Below the pieces are notes generated by a model, which was not told the DNA's origin, did no database searches, and worked only from the letters and a program-made list of their open reading frames with translations. From a virus: a stretch of DNA of 64,000 bases. The translations under genes and the position numbers were made by a program. The stretch lies in the IMG/VR virus record IMGVR_UViG_3300044691_000366, positions 3,174-67,173 of that record, one strand, 5' to 3'. This document shows positions 36,425-44,824 of the stretch, piece by piece. The first letter of the stretch is position 1. Each line of letters opens with the position of its first letter.

Positions 36425-36942
36425 AGGCTAGTCTCCGTGTTGATGGCCGCGGACATATCGCCCGTTGCCGCTGCTGTGATGATTGCGTCTGAAACGGCTG
36501 GCGCTGCGACGTCTTCCAGCTTCGGCGCCGCCGTGCGCTTGTAAGCCTTCGGCGAGGCCTTCGAGTGGGATCCGTCGCGCGCTTCGGCGTTGCAGCGATG
36601 CATCGCCTTTTTCTCGAGGTCGGAGGCGCCGGACTCGTCGATCTTGCGATCCTGGATCAGGGTCGGGCCGATCTGCGCGAGGATCTTCTGATCGAGCGCG
36701 CCCTTCTTGGGCTCCGTCGAATGATAGATGTCCTCGTTGAGCCGGATCATCCTGGTCAGGATTGCCGAGATCGGGCACTTCGAGGCGTTCAGTGCGACCT
36801 GACAGCCCTGGCGAACCGGCGGCCCCTCGCCTCGCGCCCACAGGTCGCGCAGCGTGAAGCACGAGGAGATCCTGACGTCGGCTCGAAACACCGGACAGGT
36901 GATCAGCATTTGGTTTTCGGGCGAGAGCGTTTTCGAGATCAT
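36421..36942 (-). CDS. Hypothetical Cys-containing protein
   Basis: Coupled ORF. Confidence 0.6.
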   Translation of the reverse strand: MISKTLSPENQMLITCPVFRADVRISSCFTLRDLWARGEGPPVRQGCQVALNASKCPISAILTRMIRLNEDIYHSTEPKKGALDQKILAQIGPTLIQDRKIDESGASDLEKKAMHRCNAEARDGSHSKASPKAYKRTAAPKLEDVAAPAVSDAIITAAATGDMSAAINTETSL

Positions 36943-37469
36943 TAGAACAGTCCCCAGTTTGGATTTTCGGAAATTCGCGCTTCGATCGGCTCCTCGATCG
37001 GCTTTGGCTCCTCGACCAGGCGACGCTTCGGGTCGACCCAGGCGCCGCGGCCGTCTTCGTCGGCCTGAAATCCGCCGGCGTCTGCCTGTGGTTTAACGCC
37101 TGTCGTGTCGATGCCCGGACAGATCCATTCGAGATCCTCGGGCCTCATCTTGAAGAAATACGGGCCGAGCGCCTTTCGAAGTGACTGTTCACTGCCGCAG
37201 ACATCCGTCTTATCGATGAAGTGGTCGCTGTATTGCTTGCCGAGCTTGTCTCGCCATTTATCGGTGTAGGCGACGAGCGCGTCGTGCATGTCCTGGAAGC
37301 GGTCGACCTTGAAGCCGACACCCCAGGAACCTTTCTTGCCCCAGCGGTTAATGACGATCGATCGACCTTCATCGCCATGCGAGATCCGGACCAGGTGATA
37401 TTCTTTGCCGCCCGACACTGAGTCGGCGCGACCTGATTCTTTCTTCACTGTGATCGGATAGATCGACAT
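36942..37469 (-). CDS. WGR-domain protein
   Basis: KEYHL...INRWGKKG; ends ENPNWGLF. Confidence 0.65.
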   Translation of the reverse strand: MSIYPITVKKESGRADSVSGGKEYHLVRISHGDEGRSIVINRWGKKGSWGVGFKVDRFQDMHDALVAYTDKWRDKLGKQYSDHFIDKTDVCGSEQSLRKALGPYFFKMRPEDLEWICPGIDTTGVKPQADAGGFQADEDGRGAWVDPKRRLVEEPKPIEEPIEARISENPNWGLF

Positions 37470-37539
37470 TCTCGTCCTCGAAGCGCTCGCTTGCGCTCTT
37501 GTGTGCAGTGTCGTTATAGCAGAACATCGAAGGGTTGAC

Positions 37540-37553
37540 AGTCATAATTGACT
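37540..37553. promoter_or_regulatory. 14-bp palindromic operator
   Basis: AGTCATAATTGACT; promoter motif at 37515-37536. Confidence 0.8.
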
Positions 37554-37559
37554 ATCCGA

Positions 37560-38675
37560 CTATCTACCCAGAAAGGGATCGCGGAGGCGCCATTTGACAT
37601 TCAGCATTTTGGTGTAGACCGTGGCTTCCCAGAACGCCTTGCGGACTACCTCGGGCAGCACCTCGTTGGGATCGCGCCCGGCAGGCAGTATGGCGATGCG
37701 GACCCGAAGGCCCACCTGGCGCAGCAGCTCGGCGGCGTCGAGGGCGGCAATCAGGGCTTTCCATTCGCCGTCCCACATGATCGTCACCTCCTCCAGGCCG
37801 GCGGCCTTGAGCTGGCGAAATTGACCGACCTGGTCGTTACCGTGGAGATCGCCGTAGCTGAGGTGCTTTCCGAAGGAGCCGAGCGGGACGACGTCCCGCA
37901 ACTCGCTCTCCTCATCGAACGCCATCTTCATGGCGGCGACGTCAAAAATTCCTTCGGCCATACAGACGCGCCGCGCCCTTCCTACCGATTGACCATTGAG
38001 CAAATAGCGCCCGGTTCCCGGAAGTCCCGATGCGAAGAGGTATTTTTTATCTCCGGCAAGGCCTGTGGTGTCGCGACCCTGAAAGGTGACGAATTTGCCG
38101 TCGAGGTCGAACACCGGGATGATCACGCGCCCGTCGAATTTCTGGTAACCCTTTGTGCCGTCAGGGCGGGTGAAGTCGTGCTTGCCGTGGATGCAGTAGC
38201 GCAGGTGGAAGTATCTGGCGATCTCGCTGGTGAAGCCGCGCTTTTCGAGATAGACAAGGTTTTCGCCGGCAGGCGTCGGCAGCTCGAACGATTCGGGGAG
38301 CACAGCTTCCTGGTATTCGACCGCGACCGTGACTGTCCGCCGCGGGCGCCAGCCCTGCTCGCTCATACACTCCTTGACGTGCTTGTAGGTCTCGCGCCAG
38401 CCCGCGGTGTCGTCCATCGTGTGGCCGAGCGCCTGGTGAACGAAGCCGAGCTTTGAGAACTTCTCGCCGCAGCTACCCGCAAAGCAGTTGCCGGCGCCGC
38501 TCTCCTTGTTGAGATAGACCTTCCACTTCATGTTGCCGCAGACAGGGCATTCCTGGGCGTTGATCTGCTCGCCCGAGGATCCGTGCGTGACCTTGAAGGG
38601 CCGACTCTCGCGATCGAACCAGTATTCCAGGTCGAACTCTTCCGCGATCTCCTTGGAATCGGATGCAAAGCTCAT
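37560..38675 (-). CDS. DNA primase (Zn finger and TOPRIM)
   Basis: CPVC...CFAGSC, YLEKRG, FQGR, EGIFD, WDGE, DPNE. Confidence 0.9.
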   Translation of the reverse strand: MSFASDSKEIAEEFDLEYWFDRESRPFKVTHGSSGEQINAQECPVCGNMKWKVYLNKESGAGNCFAGSCGEKFSKLGFVHQALGHTMDDTAGWRETYKHVKECMSEQGWRPRRTVTVAVEYQEAVLPESFELPTPAGENLVYLEKRGFTSEIARYFHLRYCIHGKHDFTRPDGTKGYQKFDGRVIIPVFDLDGKFVTFQGRDTTGLAGDKKYLFASGLPGTGRYLLNGQSVGRARRVCMAEGIFDVAAMKMAFDEESELRDVVPLGSFGKHLSYGDLHGNDQVGQFRQLKAAGLEEVTIMWDGEWKALIAALDAAELLRQVGLRVRIAILPAGRDPNEVLPEVVRKAFWEATVYTKMLNVKWRLRDPFLGR

Positions 38676-39349
38676 GCTCCGAAGCCCGTTACGTGCGCCC
38701 AGAGCTTGCCGCGGTTGATATCGCTGATGTTCTGCGGCGTAACGCCCATGTCAGCCGCGATCGCGGCCTGGGGCTCGGAAGCCTTGAGGCGCCTGGCGAT
38801 CTCCAAAACCTTAATCTTGTCCAGTTTCCGGCCGTGGGTGGAATGCGTCGGTGGCCTGATGTTCGCTGCGCTACGACCCGTGAGCCAACCCCAGATCGAT
38901 CCAGAGTTTATGTGCGTCACGAGACCGCGTCGAAGTCCCATGTCTTCCGCGATCGTTCGATATTTCTCGTTAAGATCGAGGCGACGACAAACCTCTAACA
39001 CCTGTTCCCGTGTTAGCTTTGCAGCCGCGGCGTCGATACCCTTTGCTCGATTGTTTCGAACGCGATCGTCAGCATTCTGTTTCGAATTGCCATAGTATAA
39101 GTTCGATAGATAGTTGTGCGACCGAATGTCGTCTTCATGGAGACCCCAGAGACCAAGCGGTCGCGGCCCCTTGAAAACATGCAGCACCAGAGCGTGAAGC
39201 AGCCATTGTCGACCGATGTTGATCTGAGTGTATCCGTCAGTTCGAACCGATCCGCCTAGGAAGGCGTTTCGCGTCTTGTTTCGAACCCGACCAAAATCCG
39301 AAACCTCGTAATTGGAGTTTTCTGGGTAATCGCGCCAGGTCTCGATCAT
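38672..39349 (-). CDS. NUMOD4-HNH homing endonuclease with two HTH repeats
   Basis: ETWRDY...YEVSDFGRVRN, LHAL...LHEDD...NLYY. Confidence 0.88.
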   Translation of the reverse strand: MIETWRDYPENSNYEVSDFGRVRNKTRNAFLGGSVRTDGYTQINIGRQWLLHALVLHVFKGPRPLGLWGLHEDDIRSHNYLSNLYYGNSKQNADDRVRNNRAKGIDAAAAKLTREQVLEVCRRLDLNEKYRTIAEDMGLRRGLVTHINSGSIWGWLTGRSAANIRPPTHSTHGRKLDKIKVLEIARRLKASEPQAAIAADMGVTPQNISDINRGKLWAHVTGFGA

Positions 39350-40701
39350 CTTGTAAGGCCCACGATTGAGGAGATAAATTTCATCTTGGCCCTGCACTGC
39401 TTGATCGATAGCGTGATCTCCTTCTGGTTGCGTGATGCGATAAACTTGATCCGAGCCTCTTCCGAATCCTTCTCAGCTTCGGATGCAGCGCCAGCTACAA
39501 CCAGATCGGCGATGCGGATCTTGTTGTAATCCTCGGCGACGTCGGTCGCGGCCGGCATCATGGACTTTGCGCCGGCGCGGTTGGTCTGTGTCGCGGTCAG
39601 GACTGCGGCGTTCTCTTCATAGGCGATACCGCGCAGGTCGATCCAGACGCTTTTCGAATCCTCGCGCGGCTGATCTGACGGCTTCTCGGCCTGCATCAGA
39701 TCGGCGTAATCGACTTCGATCAGGTCGAAGATGATGCCTTCATTGCGATATTCCTGCAGAACGCGACGGAGCTGCGAGGGTTTGAGACTACCGCTGGCGA
39801 AGTCTCTGATCTTGAGATGGCCGTGCGGGCGAGCTGCCCAGGCCAAGACCTTCTTCTGGACCTCGATCGGCTTGTCGCGGATCAGATCCATCAGAGTGTC
39901 GGAGAAGTTCGCGTCGAGGCGCTCGGCGTAGATTTCGCGCGAGACTTCGCAGGAGGCGATGAAGACGTTGTAGCCGGCCATCGCCGCTGACTTGCCGAAG
40001 TCGCCCAGCGCCATCGACTTGCCGAACTTGGCGTCGGCCATGATCGCGCTTAGTTCCTTGCGACCCCAGCCCCGGTGATAGAGATGCTTGTCGAGATCGG
40101 GGAACCCGGTCGTGATGCCGTTCGGCTTGATGGTGCCGGCGGCCATCGCGATGCGCGTTGCCGTGCGGCTCTCGATCTCCTCGAAATAGTCGTAGTCGCC
40201 GCCATCCGCGGCCGCGCCGACGAGCTGCGCCGCGTCGACCAGCTTCTTGATGCCTGCGAAATCGCGCTTGGCGAGCAGATCGACCGAGGCAACGATCGCG
40301 TTCTCGTATGCCCGCTCCTGGGCGAACTCGGACACCTTGTCGATCACGAAGTCGCGATCGGTGATAGTCGCCGACAGAAGCTGGCTCATGCGAGCCTTGA
40401 GGCCCGGATAGGTCTTCATCTTCTTGGAGGCCATCGCCTCCTTGAGGATCAGCGCGACAGAGCCCTTGTCGGGCACCTTGCGATATTTGGCGTAATAGGC
40501 CGCAGCGACGGCGATCAGGGCGCCGTCGATCTCATTCTCGAAATACTCTGGCTTGATCAGCCCGTCCGTCCGCTGCGCAAACTTCTCGTCGCGCCAGATC
40601 ATGTTGACGATCTTCCGTTGGAAGTTTTCGTCGAACTCGAATTTGGCGATCGGAAGTTCCGCTACCGGCGGTTCGGGGACCAAGGTGGCTGCGCTCGGCA
40701 T
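39346..40701 (-). CDS. dnaB: DnaB-like replicative helicase
   Basis: TTGFPDLD, ADAKFGKS, SCE, VDYADL, ATQTNR. Confidence 0.9.
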   Translation of the reverse strand: MPSAATLVPEPPVAELPIAKFEFDENFQRKIVNMIWRDEKFAQRTDGLIKPEYFENEIDGALIAVAAAYYAKYRKVPDKGSVALILKEAMASKKMKTYPGLKARMSQLLSATITDRDFVIDKVSEFAQERAYENAIVASVDLLAKRDFAGIKKLVDAAQLVGAAADGGDYDYFEEIESRTATRIAMAAGTIKPNGITTGFPDLDKHLYHRGWGRKELSAIMADAKFGKSMALGDFGKSAAMAGYNVFIASCEVSREIYAERLDANFSDTLMDLIRDKPIEVQKKVLAWAARPHGHLKIRDFASGSLKPSQLRRVLQEYRNEGIIFDLIEVDYADLMQAEKPSDQPREDSKSVWIDLRGIAYEENAAVLTATQTNRAGAKSMMPAATDVAEDYNKIRIADLVVAGAASEAEKDSEEARIKFIASRNQKEITLSIKQCRAKMKFISSIVGLTR

Positions 40702-40997
40702 CAGACCGCTGCGTAGGCGTCGATGGCGTGCTTGAAGTAAGTCACACTTGACTGTTGATGGTCGTCAATATTTTGAACCTTGACGGAAAACTGATCAGCC
40801 TCAATCAAGGTAACCTTGGTCCACTTTCCGAAGACCTTGAGCGAAAGTTTTCTGCCCTTCAGGGTGTTCAGTTCATCCTGGTGCGACCAGCGCTTGGGCT
40901 TCTTGTTGCGGGTCAGGCCGCTCGGCGCGAAGTCGTTTCGCAGGTCGCCAACGGCGTTGAGTGCTGCCTTGCGGGCCAGGCGTGCGCTGTCTGTCAT
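40701..40997 (-). CDS. Hfq-like (Sm-fold) RNA-binding protein
   Basis: HQDELNTLK helix, LIEADQFSV (Sm1), TYFKHAI (Sm2). Confidence 0.72.
   Translation of the reverse strand: MTDSARLARKAALNAVGDLRNDFAPSGLTRNKKPKRWSHQDELNTLKGRKLSLKVFGKWTKVTLIEADQFSVKVQNIDDHQQSSVTYFKHAIDAYAAV
40740..40753. promoter_or_regulatory. 14-bp palindromic operator inside the hfq-like CDS, upstream of dnaB
   Basis: AGTCACACTTGACT. Confidence 0.72.
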
Positions 40998-41025
40998 GTT
41001 CTTCTCTCTGTTTGCGTGCGTTGCG

Positions 41026-41847
41026 TTAGTTATAGCGTGATTGATCAGGGTTGCGATCGGTGACAGCGAGCACGCGCTGAAACAGCTCGGCGTTGAGCCG
41101 GCCGCGGACCTTGATCTCGGGAAGCACCTTGTCGTCGAAGATCATCCGCGACAGCACCTCGGGGTGGTTGCCGCGGCGCTCCGCCTGCTCGAACAGCCAT
41201 TCGTGATGGGCGTTCTGCGACTGCAGGATCTTGCCCTCGAAATCGCCGTCGTTCATCTGGGCCGTGATCGCCTCATAGGCGGTGTTCTGGTATTGCGGCA
41301 GCCGGCTGAAATACAGCTTGTGATTCTGGTATTCGTCCCAGTCGATCGCCGCCCGATCGGTCGCAATGTCGCCGTAGAGCTGCTGGGCGCGCGGCAGATG
41401 GCGCTGTTGCCAGTAGCGAAGCGTCCAGTGGAAGGCGCGATCGAGATAGACGTCGTAGGGCATGCCCATTGCGTCGGCGACCTGGCGCCCGCGCCACAGA
41501 CCCGAAATCTGCTGCTTGCGGCGTGCGACGTCCTTTTTGGTCGCACCCTCGCGGATGTGGAACATATCCTCGTCGAGGACGATCCTGATGTTCGGACCCT
41601 TGATCGAGTCGATGTTGCGGGAGAACGCCGCCCGATAGCAGCGGACGAAGTGATGGGCGTAGAGATAGGTCGCCTGGACCGGGTTGAGGAAGCGGTAATC
41701 GAACCATTTGCCCGTGTAGAGGGCGGTCTCGACCTTGATCCAGTCGTTGTTGATGAACTGGAACATCAGGCGTGCTGCATCGTCCGCGCTGGTATCAAGG
41801 CCGTAGATCACTTCGTCGGTCATTACGCTCTCAGGTCGGGCGCTCAA
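41026..41847 (-). CDS. Hypothetical phage protein
   Basis: Long ORF with typical codon usage; promoter motif 41031-41052 overlaps its 3' end. Confidence 0.7.
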   Translation of the reverse strand: MSARPESVMTDEVIYGLDTSADDAARLMFQFINNDWIKVETALYTGKWFDYRFLNPVQATYLYAHHFVRCYRAAFSRNIDSIKGPNIRIVLDEDMFHIREGATKKDVARRKQQISGLWRGRQVADAMGMPYDVYLDRAFHWTLRYWQQRHLPRAQQLYGDIATDRAAIDWDEYQNHKLYFSRLPQYQNTAYEAITAQMNDGDFEGKILQSQNAHHEWLFEQAERRGNHPEVLSRMIFDDKVLPEIKVRGRLNAELFQRVLAVTDRNPDQSRYN

Positions 41848-41885
41848 TCGCGCTTCGATCTGTATATAGCGAAACGAGCGACGCT

Positions 41886-42629
41886 TTACTTACCGTAATA
41901 CGTCTCGGCGATCGCCTGACACATTGGATCTCGAACGATGTCAGCCACGGTGAAGTTGACCACCTCGACCATGCGTAGATGCGCCAGTCGTTTCGCCGCA
42001 TCCTCGAGCCCGGACCTGCGGTTGATGTCGTTCTGTTCCACGTCGCCGTTGACGATGAATGTTGCGCCCTTGCCGATCCGGGTCAGGAACATTTTCATCT
42101 GCTCAATGGTCGAGTTCTGCATTTCGTCCGCGATCACCCACGCATTCTTCAGCGTGGAGCCACGCATAAAGGCCAGCGGGCGGGCCTCAATGATGCCGGC
42201 CTTGATCATGTATTCGACCTGCCCTGAACCCAGCCGCTCCTCCAGCGCCTCGCGCACGGGCCGGAAATAGGGCTCGTATTTCTCGTCCATGTCGCCCTTG
42301 AGGAAGCCCAGGCTCTCGCCGGCCTCCTTTGCGGGCCTGGTCACGATGATCTTCTCGATCTCGCCAGCGGCGAGCTTGTCAGCCGCTAGAGCTGCGGCAT
42401 ACCAAGTTTTTCCGGTTCCTGACGGCCCAATGCCGAAGACGACTCGGCTTGCGAGGATCGCGGCGCCATAACGGCGCTGAGTATCCGTAAGAGGAACGAG
42501 GGGCGCTCGGGCGGCACGAACAGGTTTTCGTCGAACTTCATCACGCACCAAAGCCAGAAAAGGCCCGTCATCTCGGACCTTACTTGCCCTTCGGCTTTTT
42601 CGGGCTTCGCTCTTGGGCTGACGCGGCAT
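41886..42629 (-). CDS. phoH: PhoH-family ATPase
   Basis: GPSGTGKT, TRPA, LGFLKG, PLAFMRG, DEMQN, LTRIG, GDVEQ. Confidence 0.95.
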   Translation of the reverse strand: MPRQPKSEARKSRRASKVRDDGPFLALVRDEVRRKPVRAARAPLVPLTDTQRRYGAAILASRVVFGIGPSGTGKTWYAAALAADKLAAGEIEKIIVTRPAKEAGESLGFLKGDMDEKYEPYFRPVREALEERLGSGQVEYMIKAGIIEARPLAFMRGSTLKNAWVIADEMQNSTIEQMKMFLTRIGKGATFIVNGDVEQNDINRRSGLEDAAKRLAHLRMVEVVNFTVADIVRDPMCQAIAETYYGK

Positions 42630-42651
42630 TTTTGGCTCCGGTAGTGGTCAC

Positions 42652-43425
42652 TTAATAAGTCCTGGACATGACGTGGACCGGCTTGCGCAGCACGGAGAGC
42701 ATTCTCTTCCGCCGCGACTGATTTGGTGAGGTGGCGAGCAGAGTATTCAGGTTGCCGTCGAAGATGTGATCGACGAAGCCCCATCGCTTGGCCTCGTCGG
42801 CCGACAGCCACACGTCGCTCTTTCGATCCATATGACCGCGGAGAATGTTGAAAATATCCTCGTCCGTTTTCAGCTTGTATTGACCGCGCTCTTTGAGACG
42901 GGCCACATAGAGCCGCATCATGACTTCGGACGATTTGCGCAGTTCATCCGAATCCGTCAGCACTTCTTTGGTCGTTCCAAATATCGAGGCCGAGCCATCG
43001 TGAATCATGTATCTGGCTGGAGGTCGCATTGCGAAACGATCCGCCGCCAGCGGAATGATCGAGGTCATCGACCTTGCCCAGCGCGTCGCCAGCACCGTCA
43101 CCGGGTTCGGACAGGTCAGGATGGCGCCGAACATTTGCATTCCGGCTTCCCAATCGCCGCCGCAGCTCGCCAGATGCACGAGGATGGGCCGATGAGGATC
43201 GATGCCGCTGAGAATTGACAGGTTCATTTCGAATCTGTCGGCCATCAGGTATTCAACGCCTGGCTCGCTATGATCTTCATCCGCTGCGTGAAGCGGGTCG
43301 CCGCCAACGTAGACGGTAAAGGAGTGCCGATTGATGCGATACAGGTGAACATCTTCGAGAACGAAGTCGCCAAGTAGCGACTTATTAGCGCTCCCAAGAC
43401 TGGCGTAGGCTTTCTTTCTCGGCAC
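42652..43425 (-). CDS. ClpP-like serine protease
   Basis: SCGGD, ARSMTS (Ser), MIHD (His), SDVWLSADEAKRWGFVD; SD AGGAG before GTG 43425. Confidence 0.85.
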   Translation of the reverse strand: MPRKKAYASLGSANKSLLGDFVLEDVHLYRINRHSFTVYVGGDPLHAADEDHSEPGVEYLMADRFEMNLSILSGIDPHRPILVHLASCGGDWEAGMQMFGAILTCPNPVTVLATRWARSMTSIIPLAADRFAMRPPARYMIHDGSASIFGTTKEVLTDSDELRKSSEVMMRLYVARLKERGQYKLKTDEDIFNILRGHMDRKSDVWLSADEAKRWGFVDHIFDGNLNTLLATSPNQSRRKRMLSVLRKPVHVMSRTY

Positions 43426-43452
43426 AGCAGCTCCTGATCTGCCACAGAGTAT

Positions 43453-43466
43453 AGTCAACGATGACT
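43453..43466. promoter_or_regulatory. 14-bp palindromic operator at head of the replication arm
   Basis: AGTCAACGATGACT. Confidence 0.8.
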
Positions 43467-43587
43467 GTTGAGACCAGTCAGAAATTTATTTATTTCGCGA
43501 CCTCCCTGAGACCTATCTTGTCGCAGTTCCTCCCCGTTAACCTCGAATCAGGGTTGATAGCGGGCGCAACGTCGAGTAGCGTGGGGC

Positions 43588-43680
43588 ATGAAAAACACAG
43601 ACAGAAGTGAAGCGCAGTGGCTGGCTGCACTAATTATCGTCAGCCTGATATTTTACGCGCTTACCGGCGGGATGAGGTAG
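43588..43680 (+). CDS. 30-aa single-TM peptide MKNTDRSEAQWLAALIIVSLIFYALTGGMR
   Basis: Manual translation; G-rich SD-like run; upstream of acyltransferase. Confidence 0.4.
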   Translation: MKNTDRSEAQWLAALIIVSLIFYALTGGMR

Positions 43681-43714
43681 TTAACAAATCCATTTTGTGG
43701 TCGAGTTTTTTCCA

Positions 43715-44752
43715 ATGAAACGGTTTTATTTGATAGACGCCTTGCGGGCATCCATGATTTTTATTGTCCTGGCCCACGCCAAAGATGGTCATCACATCGA
43801 CGACCTGATCGCGGTGTCGCCATCGTTCGTTGTTTTTATCTTCAATCACGGCGTTTGGGCTGTTGGCTTGTTCTTCGTCATTAGCGGGTTCGTTGTCACT
43901 CACAATCTGACTGGCTTACCTATCACCGGCTCGTTGAGCTTGCGGTTCCTGGCAAGACGGTCACTGCGCCTCGATCCCACATATTGGTTCGCGATTGCGC
44001 TTTCTATTTCCGTCGCGTTCCTGTCCACTAAATTCGTTGTCGGCAAAGAGCTTCCGCACTATCTGATCCCGCAGCTCGTCTCGCATGTGTTCTATCTGCA
44101 GGGCATCCTTGGCTACGATCACATCGATCCCGCCTACTGGACTCTTTGTTTCGAGTTCCAGTTCTATATTTCCTTCGTCCTCATACTCTGGCTCGGCGGC
44201 GGCGATCCGCTGGCAAAGGATGCGCGCGGCACCCGTTGGGCGCTCGTCTCGATCGCCCTCGGAAGCGTGATCTGGCCTCTCTTTGGGGCGCCATGCCCGC
44301 AGGGCGTTTTTCTTGAAGTCGCTTATATGTTTTTCTTTGGCGTATTCGCCTATTGGGCTTTCCGCTCCAGTGCATTGCGGCCGTGGTTTTTGGGCTACAG
44401 CGTGCTGCTCGCCGTCGCATTCGCTTTCGTGGGCAATGATCTTGCCTGCTTTTGCGCGCTGGCCGCTCTGGCTCTCTCGATGGTCGCGTGGGCAGATCGA
44501 CTCAATCTGGGCAACTGGAAGTTCCTGCAATTTCTCGGCCTGATTTCCTATTCCGTCTATTTGGTACACAACCCGATCAGCGCCGTCGTCTTTCGAATCG
44601 GCACCAAGCTGATGCCAAATCAAACTCCCGCCGTGCAAGCCCTTTGGCTGGCAATCGACGTGACGGCATGCGTCGGTTTTGCCTACCTCGTGTGGCGTTT
44701 TGTGGAGGGACCAAGCACCGATCTGGCACGCCGGGTTAAATTAACGCCATGA
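43715..44752 (+). CDS. Acyltransferase family 3 (OafA-like) membrane protein, moron
   Basis: IDALRA, AVGLFFVISGFV, RRSLRL, YWTLCFEFQFY, LGLISYSVYLVH, RFVE; opposite strand, lower GC. Confidence 0.92.
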   Translation: MKRFYLIDALRASMIFIVLAHAKDGHHIDDLIAVSPSFVVFIFNHGVWAVGLFFVISGFVVTHNLTGLPITGSLSLRFLARRSLRLDPTYWFAIALSISVAFLSTKFVVGKELPHYLIPQLVSHVFYLQGILGYDHIDPAYWTLCFEFQFYISFVLILWLGGGDPLAKDARGTRWALVSIALGSVIWPLFGAPCPQGVFLEVAYMFFFGVFAYWAFRSSALRPWFLGYSVLLAVAFAFVGNDLACFCALAALALSMVAWADRLNLGNWKFLQFLGLISYSVYLVHNPISAVVFRIGTKLMPNQTPAVQALWLAIDVTACVGFAYLVWRFVEGPSTDLARRVKLTP

Positions 44753-44824
44753 TATGAGATAGCGTAGTGACAGAAACTATCGCCCTGTTACTTCTTATTC
44801 TTCTGTGCGTGTGCATCATTGTCG

